NCBI GenBank assembly: GCA_016839555.1 | Contig: JAEOUA010000003.1 | Span: forward strand, 192,001-256,000 | Reading direction: 5' to 3' | Length of the DNA: 64,000 nt | Source: Promethearchaeota archaeon | Lineage (GTDB): Archaea > Asgardarchaeota > Lokiarchaeia > Sigyniarchaeales > SOKP01 | In this document: in pieces, positions 29,496 to 39,207 of the stretch | How the letters are laid out: each line of letters opens with the position of its first letter | How positions within the stretch are numbered: position 1 is the first letter of the stretch | Notes under the pieces: generated by a model | Databases searched by the model: none | What the model saw: the letters and a program-made list of their open reading frames with translations, nothing else | Told to the model about the DNA's origin: nothing | Program-made: the position numbers and the translations under genes

Positions 29496-30320
29496 TTAAA
29501 AATTAGAATTAGTACTTGAATCTCCTGGTTGTTCAATTTTTTTTCTACTAATCTTTTGAAAAATTTTACCCCAGTCAACATATACAATAAGAAACATTAT
29601 AATTATTGTTGCTGCCCATACTATTGAACTTTGTATGATATCTAATGGGGTTGTTGCCGGAATAATACCTGTTTTTGCAGCTTCTAAATCGATCCCAAAT
29701 AAACTAAATAAAAAATCTCCTATTACAGTGTCAGCAAACCAGATCGGGAGTGCGCTGCTTAAGAAACACAAAACGAATTTCCCTATAAAACAATAAATTA
29801 AAGTCTTAAGGATACTGTAGCTTGCCATCCCAAGTACTATGAGAAAGGCATCATCAGGTAAGGGTGTTGCGGCAAATATAAAAATTAAAAGTGGGGCCCA
29901 ACCTTTATCTACATAAGTTTTCATCCTTTCGATGTTTTTGTTATTTTTAAAGATATTTTGAGACCCGCGTCCTATTAACCAAGCTGAAACTTCCCCTATA
30001 CTTGCTCCAAGCCCGCCAATCATGCCTAAAATTATTGGATTCACTCCAGGAAAACCAATAACTGCAGAAATCACAATAAGCGCAATAACATATGGAACAG
30101 GGAAAATGATAGTTAAATTTCCAAAAATAGAAATAATAAAAACCCCAAAATAAATACCCGGCGCTCCAAAAGTATCATAAAACCAGAATATAGTATCAGC
30201 CAACCATTGTCCAAAATTAATCTGTAATATAGCTAAGAGGAGAAATACGAAAATGATGATTCCAATAAATATAGGTCCAAGATACTTTCTTATAGTATTT
30301 TTTGTTTTTTCTAACCGCAT
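29496..30320 (-). CDS. DedA/VTT-domain membrane protein
   Basis: FPVPY, GASIGEVSAWLIGR and FAATPLPDD. Confidence 0.85.
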   Translation of the reverse strand: MRLEKTKNTIRKYLGPIFIGIIIFVFLLLAILQINFGQWLADTIFWFYDTFGAPGIYFGVFIISIFGNLTIIFPVPYVIALIVISAVIGFPGVNPIILGMIGGLGASIGEVSAWLIGRGSQNIFKNNKNIERMKTYVDKGWAPLLIFIFAATPLPDDAFLIVLGMASYSILKTLIYCFIGKFVLCFLSSALPIWFADTVIGDFLFSLFGIDLEAAKTGIIPATTPLDIIQSSIVWAATIIIMFLIVYVDWGKIFQKISRKKIEQPGDSSTNSNF

Positions 30321-30449
30321 TCTATAATATAAAAATTTCTTTCTATTGCTTTATTAATATTCAAATTTTTAGCTACTAACTTGAAATTATTTTTTTAAAT
30401 CTTAGTGTTATTAAATTTATCAATTATTATAATTATTCGTAAATTAGTT

Positions 30450-30620
30450 TTAGAGTTTAAGATCTATTTTTTTAATGAAAATGGAACATTTTTTATAAAA
30501 TAGATTACATAATTGACCACTACTCGCTTTATTGCATTCATTTGAATATGGGCATTTGATATTCTTTTTATTAAATGTTATTTTGACCCTATGGAGTCTT
30601 TTTTCAATATTTTTGGTCAT
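30450..30620 (-). CDS. Small four-Cys protein, 56 aa (not in the ORF track)
   Basis: MTKNIEKRLHRVKITFNKKNIKCPYSNECNKASSGQLCNLFYKKCSIFIKKIDLKL; co-oriented downstream of proS. Confidence 0.55.
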   Translation of the reverse strand: MTKNIEKRLHRVKITFNKKNIKCPYSNECNKASSGQLCNLFYKKCSIFIKKIDLKL

Positions 30621-30679
30621 ATTTCTATTTTAAAAATTTAAGTAATTAAAAATATGAAGCGTAAGAGATTAAAATTAAT

Positions 30680-32158
30680 TTAATAACTTTTTGCAATATA
30701 AACTGTGCAATCAGCTGGTTTTCCACAGACTAAACAATTGGCAAATTCATGTTTTTCCTCGCCAACTCTTTTTCCTCTAATAAATCCCCCAATATCCTTT
30801 TCTACCACTTCCGCACAATGATAACCTTCCATATCAATTGAGCAAAATCCACAACAAACAATTTTACCTTTTTCAATAGCTTCTTTAGCTGAATCGATTT
30901 CATAACATACCTCTATTTCACTCTCAAAATCAACATAAGCTTTTTTCCATAATTTTTTTGTATAAGTTGATGTTAATTCTTCTAATATTTTGTCTAGTTC
31001 ATTTTCTTTTACAAAATATTTCTTCCCATCATACCGTCTTACGATTATCACTTGATTTTTTTTAATATCTCTAGGTCCGATCTCAATTCTAAAGGGTACT
31101 CCTTTCATTTCCCAGAAATAATACTTTTGTCCTGGAGAATCTTCTGAATCATCTAACTCAACATCATATTTATCTTTAAGTTTTTTAAAAAGCTCATTAG
31201 CTTTCTTAAGAACTATTTCTTCTTTATTTTTAAAAAGGATAGGAATAATTACGAATTGTTTTGGAGCAAGATCAAATGGTAGAACTAAGCCTTTATCATC
31301 TCCAAGATAGGCAATCATAGCCCCATAAATTCTACTTATCGCAGGACCATAACATGTTTGATACCCATATTCTTTTTCTCCCTCTTCATTAATAAATGAG
31401 ACATTAAATGGTTTTGAGAAGTTTTGCCCAAGTAAATGAGTAGATGGTAATTGAAGGACTTTCCCTGAGCCCATTAAAGCATCCGCTGCAAATGTCTTTT
31501 CAGCTCCACTAAATTTATCCCATTGTGGTCTTTCAAAAAAGATTATAGGTATACAAAATTCATCTTGAAGCATTTGATAAGTCATTTGCATATCTTCCTT
31601 TACTTGTTCTTCCGCTTCTTTCATTGTTGCAAAAACATTATGAGCCTCAATCCAATGAAATTCTCTCGCGCGAAAAAAGGGTCGTGTCATCTTACCTTCA
31701 TATCTAAAAACTTGACATGATTGATAACGTTTAAAGGGTAAATCATTATGACTTCTTATCCAATAGCTATACATAGGATAGAGAGCAGTTTCACTTGTTG
31801 GGCGAAGGGCTAATCTTTCCGTAAGTTTTTCTCCTTCACTTCCGACCTCACTAATCCAAAAAACTTCTGGAGCAAAACCTTCCACATGTTTAGCCTCTCT
31901 CTTGAAATTACTCTCTGGTATAACCGTAGGCATTATCAATGGAAGATGATCATTTTTTTCAAGTAATTCTTCGTATTTTCTATACATGCGTTTAATTGTA
32001 ATCGTTGCCCATGGTCTATATACTAAAAATCCTTTTACATTATACCTTATATCTGCTAGGTCAGCTTTGTATAGAAGCTCTGAATACCAGCCAGAAAAAT
32101 CCTCATCTTTCGAAATAGTGATACCAGTTTCCGGTATATTATTATCCTTTTTAGCCAT
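30680..32158 (-). CDS. proS: Proline--tRNA ligase (archaeal/eukaryotic type)
   Basis: FSGWY, RPTSET, PFFRAREFHW, HLLGQNF, GLVLP and RIEIGPRD. Confidence 0.97.
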   Translation of the reverse strand: MAKKDNNIPETGITISKDEDFSGWYSELLYKADLADIRYNVKGFLVYRPWATITIKRMYRKYEELLEKNDHLPLIMPTVIPESNFKREAKHVEGFAPEVFWISEVGSEGEKLTERLALRPTSETALYPMYSYWIRSHNDLPFKRYQSCQVFRYEGKMTRPFFRAREFHWIEAHNVFATMKEAEEQVKEDMQMTYQMLQDEFCIPIIFFERPQWDKFSGAEKTFAADALMGSGKVLQLPSTHLLGQNFSKPFNVSFINEEGEKEYGYQTCYGPAISRIYGAMIAYLGDDKGLVLPFDLAPKQFVIIPILFKNKEEIVLKKANELFKKLKDKYDVELDDSEDSPGQKYYFWEMKGVPFRIEIGPRDIKKNQVIIVRRYDGKKYFVKENELDKILEELTSTYTKKLWKKAYVDFESEIEVCYEIDSAKEAIEKGKIVCCGFCSIDMEGYHCAEVVEKDIGGFIRGKRVGEEKHEFANCLVCGKPADCTVYIAKSY

Positions 32159-32476
32159 TATAATCCTCTTATTTAGAAGGATAATATTGTAAAAATTAAA
32201 TATTTTTTTGGGAAAAACGCTTTTTTTATAGAAAACTTATTGAAATTTATTTTTTTCAGAATCAACAGTCTAAAATTTTAGAATTCTTTCATAAAACTGT
32301 TAATTATAAGATTTTTAGAAATAAAATAAGAAATAATTTTTCTATTTATTTAGTTAAAGAATAAGATTTATATTTTTAAAGATTAAATATTTATATTGCT
32401 AATTATCTCAAAATATAGCTTTATTATTTATTTTATACCTGAAAATCTTTATGCTATAATAAATTAAAAACCATTA

Positions 32477-35458
32477 ATGGAAAAAAATAAAATGAATGAA
32501 TCAGAAATAAATGAAGAATTAGATCGATTTAAAGACTCCCTTTCTCTTTTAAATGTTGTTTTTAGTCGCAAGAGATTAAAGAAAGAAATATATAATGAAA
32601 AAACGGGTTTTATTTTTAATGCTAAATATCAATTTTCTACGCGCGATGGAGGATTTAATTTTTATGTGGTATTTAATAATGGAGAAATTACTACTGGTGA
32701 AGGCAAAATTGAAGACCCTAATATTACAATCTTTTACAAAGATAAAGCAACCTTAGCAGAAACCTGGAATAAAAGTGCAGATGAAACTCTTGAATATTTA
32801 CTTGATAATTCCATGTCTTATAAAGGGAATATGTGCTATTTGACTAAATTTTCCTATCTTACTACAATCGCGACCGGAGCAAAAATAAAAGGATATAAGG
32901 GTCCTGAAAATCAACTTATTTGTTCTATTGATGAGATATTAAAAGGAGAAGAAGGAAGAAAACTTCAAAATGAAAGTTTAAACCGAAAAATCGATAATGT
33001 AGAATTTTTAGAGGATCCATATTTATCAAAATATACAATTGATGATTTTCCGCGTTTAAAATATCTTAAAGCTCGCCGCAGAGCGATGAAGCCTGCTATA
33101 TGCGTTGAGAGAGCAAAACTATTAACGGAATATCATAGAAGAAACGGTTATGAAGTAGATAATGATGGGAATCCAATAGATCCTGAAATACGTCAGGCTA
33201 AAGCTGTTAATTATATTATAAGTAATAAAAAGCCAATTATTCATGACTATCATCTTGTAGCGGGTTCAACCACAACAAAAGAGGCAGGTATTCCTATGTA
33301 TCCTGAACTAATTGGTACTGCTGCATGGCCTGAATTACGGGCTATAGGAGATCGCAAGCTTAATCCTAATGATATTGATCCAAAAGATGCAGATATTCTA
33401 AGTCAAGAAATATTTCCATATTGGATGGAAAGAAATGTACGAGAGTATTGCCGGGCAAAATTTAATGATCCCGTTTCTCAATGGCTTGAGGAATGTTGGG
33501 TTTTCTATTTTATGATGAAAAATAATGCTATTTCACATACCGTTCCCGGATTTCCCATAATTCTTGAAAAGGGTTTAGAATCTATTAAAAATGAAGCCCT
33601 TGATAAGGAACAGGCAGCAGATTCATCGGAAGAAAAAAGGTTTTATAAAGCAGTTACAATTGCTATAGATGGTGCTATAGCTTATTCGAATCATTTGAGT
33701 GAGGAAGCCTTGAGATTAGCAGATTCATTAGATCCCGATGATCCTGAGCAAGCACAGCGAATTACGGAATTAAAGGAGCTTTCCCGGATCTGTGCAAAAG
33801 TTCCTGCAAAACCAGCAGACACCTTATATGAGGCGATTCAATCTATATGGACTAGTTTCGTATGTATCCATTGTGAAAATGCTAATTCTGCAATGTCAAT
33901 CGGGCGATTAGATCAGATGTTGCAACCGTTTTTTTTAAAAGAAATGAAAAAAGCCCAGAGTAAAGAAGAACAAGAAAAAATAATTGAAAAAGCAATTGAG
34001 CTCGTTGGATCTTTAATTTTGAGAATCAATGATCATGATCCTTTAGTGCCCTCCATAGGAAATAAATTATTTGGGGGGAGCTCTTCTGATGATACAGTTA
34101 CCGTAGGAGGCGTAGATAGAAATGGAAATGACGCCGTGTGCGATATGACATTTGTAATTTTAAAAACAAATGAAATGCTATGTTTTCAAGATCCAAATAT
34201 GAATGCCAGATATTATCCGGGAATTAATTCTGAAGAATATCTAAGACGTTTGGTTGAGGTTAATGTAAATATGATTTCTTCTCCCGCAATTCATAATGAT
34301 AAAACTATGATTGAGGCTCTGGTGAACGAGGGGTTTGCTATAGAGGATGCAAGAGATTGGGCTGCAACAGGTTGTGTAGAACCTACAGTAGTTGGTAAGC
34401 ATTATGGGCACACTAATTGTATGCTATTAAATTTGGTTGCACCACTAGAAATGGTATTAAATGATGGAGTCCATCCTTTAATTGGGGAACAAGTTGGTCC
34501 TAAAACTGGAATTCCTTCTTTAGAAAATTTTCCAACCTTTAATGATTTTTATAATGCATATAAAACTCATCTGGCATATCTAATTGAGAAGTCAATAGAA
34601 ATAAATAATTATTTGGGAATTAGTCATCAATATATCCACCCAACACCCTTTTTATCTGCTTTCTATGAAGGACCCTTAGATAAGGGAAAGGACTTAATTC
34701 ACGGCGGAGCGAAATATAATACATCAGGAGTAGCATTAGTAGCTTTAACGGATGTTGTTGATAGCCTGTTAGTCATAAGGGATTTAATCTATGATAAAAA
34801 AGAATTGGATTTTTCTACTCTACTCTATGCATTAGAAGATAATTTTGAAAATGGCTCGGCAGAATTATTGAATAAAATTGATAAAGTTAATAAATTTGGC
34901 TCTAATGAACCTGGAACTCAAGAAATTGCCGATGATTTGCTAGATTTTTGTTATAATGAATATAAAAAGACGAAAAATTATAGAGGCGGAGATTATCTTG
35001 TAGGATATTGGTCCATAAGTTATCATGTGGGGTATGGAATGCTTACAGGGGCATTGCCTTCAGGTAGAAAAGCGGGAGAATCCTTAACTCACGCACTAAC
35101 ACCGGCACCTGGAAGATCTGATCTATTGCTTCAAAACATCCACACCATAGCAAGCTTGGATCATCTAAAAATGCCCAATAATGCATCTTTTAATGTTAAA
35201 CTCGTCCCCAATGCTAACGATTCTCATCAGAAAACTTTAGACATTTTTACCGGTTATGTACAGAGTTTTTTTGATTTAGGAGGAATGTTGTGGCAATTTA
35301 ATATAGTAACCTCAGATACTTTAAGAGATGCAATGAAAAATCCTGATAATTATCGGTGGTTACTTGTTCGAGTGTCGGGTTATAATGCGTATTTTACAAA
35401 AATCAATAAAAATATGCAAATAGAAATAATAAAAAGAACAGAATTTCAGTCGAGATGA
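32477..35458 (+). CDS. Glycyl radical enzyme (eliminase-type) with an N-terminal SCP2-like domain
   Basis: SIGRLDQ, ATGCVEP Cys loop, QFN and LVRVSGYNAYF Gly loop; aa ~45-128 show an SCP2-like pattern. Confidence 0.88.
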   Translation: MEKNKMNESEINEELDRFKDSLSLLNVVFSRKRLKKEIYNEKTGFIFNAKYQFSTRDGGFNFYVVFNNGEITTGEGKIEDPNITIFYKDKATLAETWNKSADETLEYLLDNSMSYKGNMCYLTKFSYLTTIATGAKIKGYKGPENQLICSIDEILKGEEGRKLQNESLNRKIDNVEFLEDPYLSKYTIDDFPRLKYLKARRRAMKPAICVERAKLLTEYHRRNGYEVDNDGNPIDPEIRQAKAVNYIISNKKPIIHDYHLVAGSTTTKEAGIPMYPELIGTAAWPELRAIGDRKLNPNDIDPKDADILSQEIFPYWMERNVREYCRAKFNDPVSQWLEECWVFYFMMKNNAISHTVPGFPIILEKGLESIKNEALDKEQAADSSEEKRFYKAVTIAIDGAIAYSNHLSEEALRLADSLDPDDPEQAQRITELKELSRICAKVPAKPADTLYEAIQSIWTSFVCIHCENANSAMSIGRLDQMLQPFFLKEMKKAQSKEEQEKIIEKAIELVGSLILRINDHDPLVPSIGNKLFGGSSSDDTVTVGGVDRNGNDAVCDMTFVILKTNEMLCFQDPNMNARYYPGINSEEYLRRLVEVNVNMISSPAIHNDKTMIEALVNEGFAIEDARDWAATGCVEPTVVGKHYGHTNCMLLNLVAPLEMVLNDGVHPLIGEQVGPKTGIPSLENFPTFNDFYNAYKTHLAYLIEKSIEINNYLGISHQYIHPTPFLSAFYEGPLDKGKDLIHGGAKYNTSGVALVALTDVVDSLLVIRDLIYDKKELDFSTLLYALEDNFENGSAELLNKIDKVNKFGSNEPGTQEIADDLLDFCYNEYKKTKNYRGGDYLVGYWSISYHVGYGMLTGALPSGRKAGESLTHALTPAPGRSDLLLQNIHTIASLDHLKMPNNASFNVKLVPNANDSHQKTLDIFTGYVQSFFDLGGMLWQFNIVTSDTLRDAMKNPDNYRWLLVRVSGYNAYFTKINKNMQIEIIKRTEFQSR

Positions 35459-35537
35459 TTGTTTCATTAAAATATAAATCTGAAATAAAATAATCTAAAT
35501 TTTTATTATAATATTTAATTTTTTATCTTTTTTTATT

Positions 35538-36431
35538 ATGAATACACTTATTATCGATATTAAGAGAAATGCATTAGACGATGGTCCTGGAATAAGAACA
35601 CTTATTTTCTTTAAAGGATGCCCATTATCTTGTGTATGGTGCCAAAATCCAGAAGCAAAATCATCAGAGCAAGAAATTTCTTTCGAAAATGAACTATGTA
35701 GTTTTTGCGGAAAATGTGCGGAAGTATGTGAGACTAATGCGATTAATTTGGATTATAAATATAGAATAAATAGAGAAGTATGTAATTTATGTGGAAAATG
35801 TGTCAATATATGTCCCAATCACGCATATGAACTTGTAGGAAAATTTTACGAAATAGATGAGTTAGTTGATATTATTCTTAAAGATAAAATTTTTTTTAAG
35901 AATTCAGGTGGAGGAATCACTCTATCGGGAGGAGAACCTACTTTACACATGAATTATATGAATAAATTATTAAAAAAATTAAAAAAACAAGAAATTCATG
36001 TTTGTTTAGAAACATGCGGATATTTTAATCTTTCAAATTTCACAGAAATGATACTGCCATATCTTGATTTAATCTATTTTGATCTTAAGCTTTATGATCC
36101 GGCATTACATAAAAAATATTGTGGCGTTTCCAACGAGATAATTCTTCAAAATTTTAAATATTTGATTAATGAAGCAAAAGTTGAAATATTACCTCGTATT
36201 CCACTAATTCCAAATATTACAACCGATGAAAATAATTTAAAGAGTTTCGCTCAATTTTTAAAGTCGAATAATATAAATAAAGTTCATCTTCTTCCTTATA
36301 ATCCTTTATGGCTCTCTAAACCCGAGAAAATTGGAGTCAAACTGGAATATGATTACTCAGAAATGCTTAAAAGCGATCAAAAAGAACAAATTAAAACCTT
36401 ATTTTCAGATTTTGAATATAATCAATTTTAA
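35538..36431 (+). CDS. Glycyl radical enzyme activase with a ferredoxin insert
   Basis: DGPGIRT..FFKGCPLSCVWCQNPE, two CxxCxxCxxxC, SGGEP and LLPYN. Confidence 0.93.
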   Translation: MNTLIIDIKRNALDDGPGIRTLIFFKGCPLSCVWCQNPEAKSSEQEISFENELCSFCGKCAEVCETNAINLDYKYRINREVCNLCGKCVNICPNHAYELVGKFYEIDELVDIILKDKIFFKNSGGGITLSGGEPTLHMNYMNKLLKKLKKQEIHVCLETCGYFNLSNFTEMILPYLDLIYFDLKLYDPALHKKYCGVSNEIILQNFKYLINEAKVEILPRIPLIPNITTDENNLKSFAQFLKSNNINKVHLLPYNPLWLSKPEKIGVKLEYDYSEMLKSDQKEQIKTLFSDFEYNQF

Positions 36432-36502
36432 GATAGCTCATTTTTAATAGGAAAAATCTCTAATTATATTTTAATAAATTATCAAAAATGAGTTGAAAGT
36501 CT

Positions 36503-37354
36503 TTGAATAATAATTTTGAAACAATTAAATTTGAATTACAAGATAATGGAATTGGTATTTTAACTCTTAATAGACCAGAGAAATTAAATGCGATTTCTTT
36601 TCAAATGGAGGAGGAGCTTCATAATATATTAGATGAGTTATCTACTAATTTAGATTGTAGAGTATTAATTCTAAGAGCAGAGGGAAGAATTTTTAGTGCA
36701 GGTACAGATCTTCAAGAAGGTCTAATATTGAATTCAAAAAAGAGTCCTGAAGGCTATGAAAAATTTTATTATTTAGAAGTTCCAGAGCCATTAAAAAGAA
36801 AAATCTATCATCAATGGAGAATAACCCAATTGATTGTGAAACTTCGAGAGATTCATCAACCTATAATTGCATTAATTCAAGGATCTGCTGTCGGAGGAGG
36901 ATTCGGATTTTTATTAGCGTCTGATATTAGAATTGCAGCGTCTAACGCAAAATTCATTATTGCATCAATTAATATTGGTTTAACAGGAGCCGATACGGGT
37001 TCGAGCTATTTTTTACCTCGTCTCATAGGAATGTCTAAAGCAGCGGAAATTATGTATACAGGTAAATCAGTTGATGCAGGTGAAGCACTAAAAATTGGTT
37101 TAATTTCAAAGATAGTTCCTAATGAAAAGCTTTTAGATTCTGGAATTGAATTAGCAGAAGAAATGTTAACAAAGAGCCCTTTAGGGTTAAGATTAACAAA
37201 AAAAGCAATAAATTTATCACTAGATTCACCATCTCTTAATACCATTATTCAATTCGAAAATAGTTCAATTGTTTTGGCGTTCTCATCTAAAGATGTGGGA
37301 GAGGCATCAGCTGCATTTTTTGGAAAGCGAAAACCGAATTATCCTTTGAAATGA
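36503..37354 (+). CDS. Enoyl-CoA hydratase/isomerase (crotonase) family protein
   Basis: LNRPEKLNA, FSAGTDL, AVGGG, DIRIA and LPRLIG. Confidence 0.9.
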   Translation: MNNNFETIKFELQDNGIGILTLNRPEKLNAISFQMEEELHNILDELSTNLDCRVLILRAEGRIFSAGTDLQEGLILNSKKSPEGYEKFYYLEVPEPLKRKIYHQWRITQLIVKLREIHQPIIALIQGSAVGGGFGFLLASDIRIAASNAKFIIASINIGLTGADTGSSYFLPRLIGMSKAAEIMYTGKSVDAGEALKIGLISKIVPNEKLLDSGIELAEEMLTKSPLGLRLTKKAINLSLDSPSLNTIIQFENSSIVLAFSSKDVGEASAAFFGKRKPNYPLK

Positions 37355-37414
37355 TTTAAATCCAAAATTGATTTTTTTCTAGAATATCAAAATTCAATTC
37401 TTTTATTTTTCTTT

Positions 37415-38182
37415 TTAATATTGAGAAGTATCTTCAAATTCATGTAATTTAGCATTGGTGATTATAGAATTAGATTTTATTATTGCCTCGTAATCTTTTG
37501 ATTCTAAATATTTCTTAATCGTTTGAGTAATTTTTTCTAATTTTATACTATAATCATTATCATTTATTTCATAAATAATAACAGTGTTAGCGTCTTTTAT
37601 ATCTGATTTCAATTTTAACTCTTCATCAATTTTTTGGAAAGTAATTTTAGAAGCTCCATTTAAAATCCCAATTTTCTTTATTTCTTCTTCTAAACCACCA
37701 AAGGTAAAATAATTTCTCTCTTTTAACTGTAATTTAGAGGCGAGTATTCTTTCTAAATTATCTCTTGATTTTTTATCATAAAAGCTTGTAAGTTCTCTGG
37801 ATACAATTTCTTTATACTTATTTTTTATCAAATAATCTTTTTTTTCAATGAAATCTATTAAGGATTCATAATATCTATCGTCGATATTTTTGAAATTTTC
37901 AACATTTCGCACGAAATCTGTTAAATTATGTAATAAATCATAATAGAATTTCATGGTGGATTTAATTTCCAATTTCTCATTTAAAGCTTTTATTTCAGGA
38001 TAATATTTTTTTAAAATTAGATTAATTTTTTTATTTAATGCTGCTAAAACTTGAGCAATTTCATTAACTTTACTGAATGATTTATATCGAATTAATTCTA
38101 ATAATTTTGTATCACTTTCAATTAGCTCATCAAAAATTTCAGTTATTTTTTGAAAATATTTTTTCTCAATATACGACATCAA
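37415..38182 (-). CDS. Hypothetical helical protein
   Basis: 255-aa ORF with no recognised motif. Confidence 0.6.
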   Translation of the reverse strand: MMSYIEKKYFQKITEIFDELIESDTKLLELIRYKSFSKVNEIAQVLAALNKKINLILKKYYPEIKALNEKLEIKSTMKFYYDLLHNLTDFVRNVENFKNIDDRYYESLIDFIEKKDYLIKNKYKEIVSRELTSFYDKKSRDNLERILASKLQLKERNYFTFGGLEEEIKKIGILNGASKITFQKIDEELKLKSDIKDANTVIIYEINDNDYSIKLEKITQTIKKYLESKDYEAIIKSNSIITNAKLHEFEDTSQY

Positions 38183-38307
38183 TAATATAATAAAACTAAA
38201 TGTTTTTATTCTTATCGCTCATAATTTATTCTTTTTATTTAAATTTCTAAAAAGATTATATTAGATTTATTTCCAATTTAAAAGAGATTAGAAAAAAATA
38301 TTATTTA

Positions 38308-39033
38308 TTATAAATTTAAGGTCTTTTTAGTATCTTTCTTCAATGTTAGAATAGAGAATACAATCCCCCATAAATCTATAATAAAAAATGCTATCCATTC
38401 CCATACGAGACCAGGGATAATATTCTCTCTACAAAATCCAGGGAGTAAATTTAGAAGACTAGTACCAGCTGACAGATCTTGATTTAAAAAAATAAAAATA
38501 ATAATAGATACTATAAAGCCAAAAGATGCACTCCATTTTGGAAGTTTCTGCCGGTCTTTAGTTTTATCCTGCACTAAAATTGCAATACTAAATATTGCTG
38601 GTGTTATCAATGCTAGTATGAAAAAGGTTCTTGCAATATGAAAATGTGGAATTCTTTTTGTATCTGCAGGATTAAATCCTATAAGGATAAGAGTTATTGA
38701 CCAAAGCAAACCCAATATCATCCCGATTTTTGCTATTGGCGCTGAGTATTTACCTTCAAGGTAGAGTGAAAAACCTAGAAGAAAGAAGAAATTTAAAACT
38801 CCACTAATTATTATAAATAGATTAAATAATAACCAACTCCAATTCCCCGACGTAGCCATACCTAGCTCAGATACTGCATGATTGTACCATATATAATCGC
38901 AGCCCAACAAATCCTTTGCTCCAATCATACAAATTAAGGGTCCTAAGAATAAAAATCCACCTATTCCAATTAAACCCCATATACCTATAGATATTTTATC
39001 ATAAAATTTATCTATGAGTTCTCTAACTTTCAT
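38308..39033 (-). CDS. DUF998-like membrane protein
   Basis: NHAVSELG, LFN, LIGFNP..H and WEW in a multi-TM protein. Confidence 0.7.
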   Translation of the reverse strand: MKVRELIDKFYDKISIGIWGLIGIGGFLFLGPLICMIGAKDLLGCDYIWYNHAVSELGMATSGNWSWLLFNLFIIISGVLNFFFLLGFSLYLEGKYSAPIAKIGMILGLLWSITLILIGFNPADTKRIPHFHIARTFFILALITPAIFSIAILVQDKTKDRQKLPKWSASFGFIVSIIIFIFLNQDLSAGTSLLNLLPGFCRENIIPGLVWEWIAFFIIDLWGIVFSILTLKKDTKKTLNL

Positions 39034-39207
39034 TATTTCATCATTATATTATTCCTTATACTAGCTATTAAATTATTTAATTTATTTAATTTTATTAGAA
39101 ATATTAAGGTTAAAGATTTAATAGGTTTTAAGCTATGTTTAAAGAAGAAAATAATTTCTCGGATTCTTAAATAATGATTTAAAAAAAATTAGATACGATT
39201 GTATATA

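Noticed and set aside
32477-35458. Calling the GRE pyruvate formate-lyase or alkyl/benzylsuccinate synthase
   Set aside because: It has a single-Cys GCVEP loop rather than Cys-Cys or CMSP, and no small bss/ass subunit genes are adjacent.
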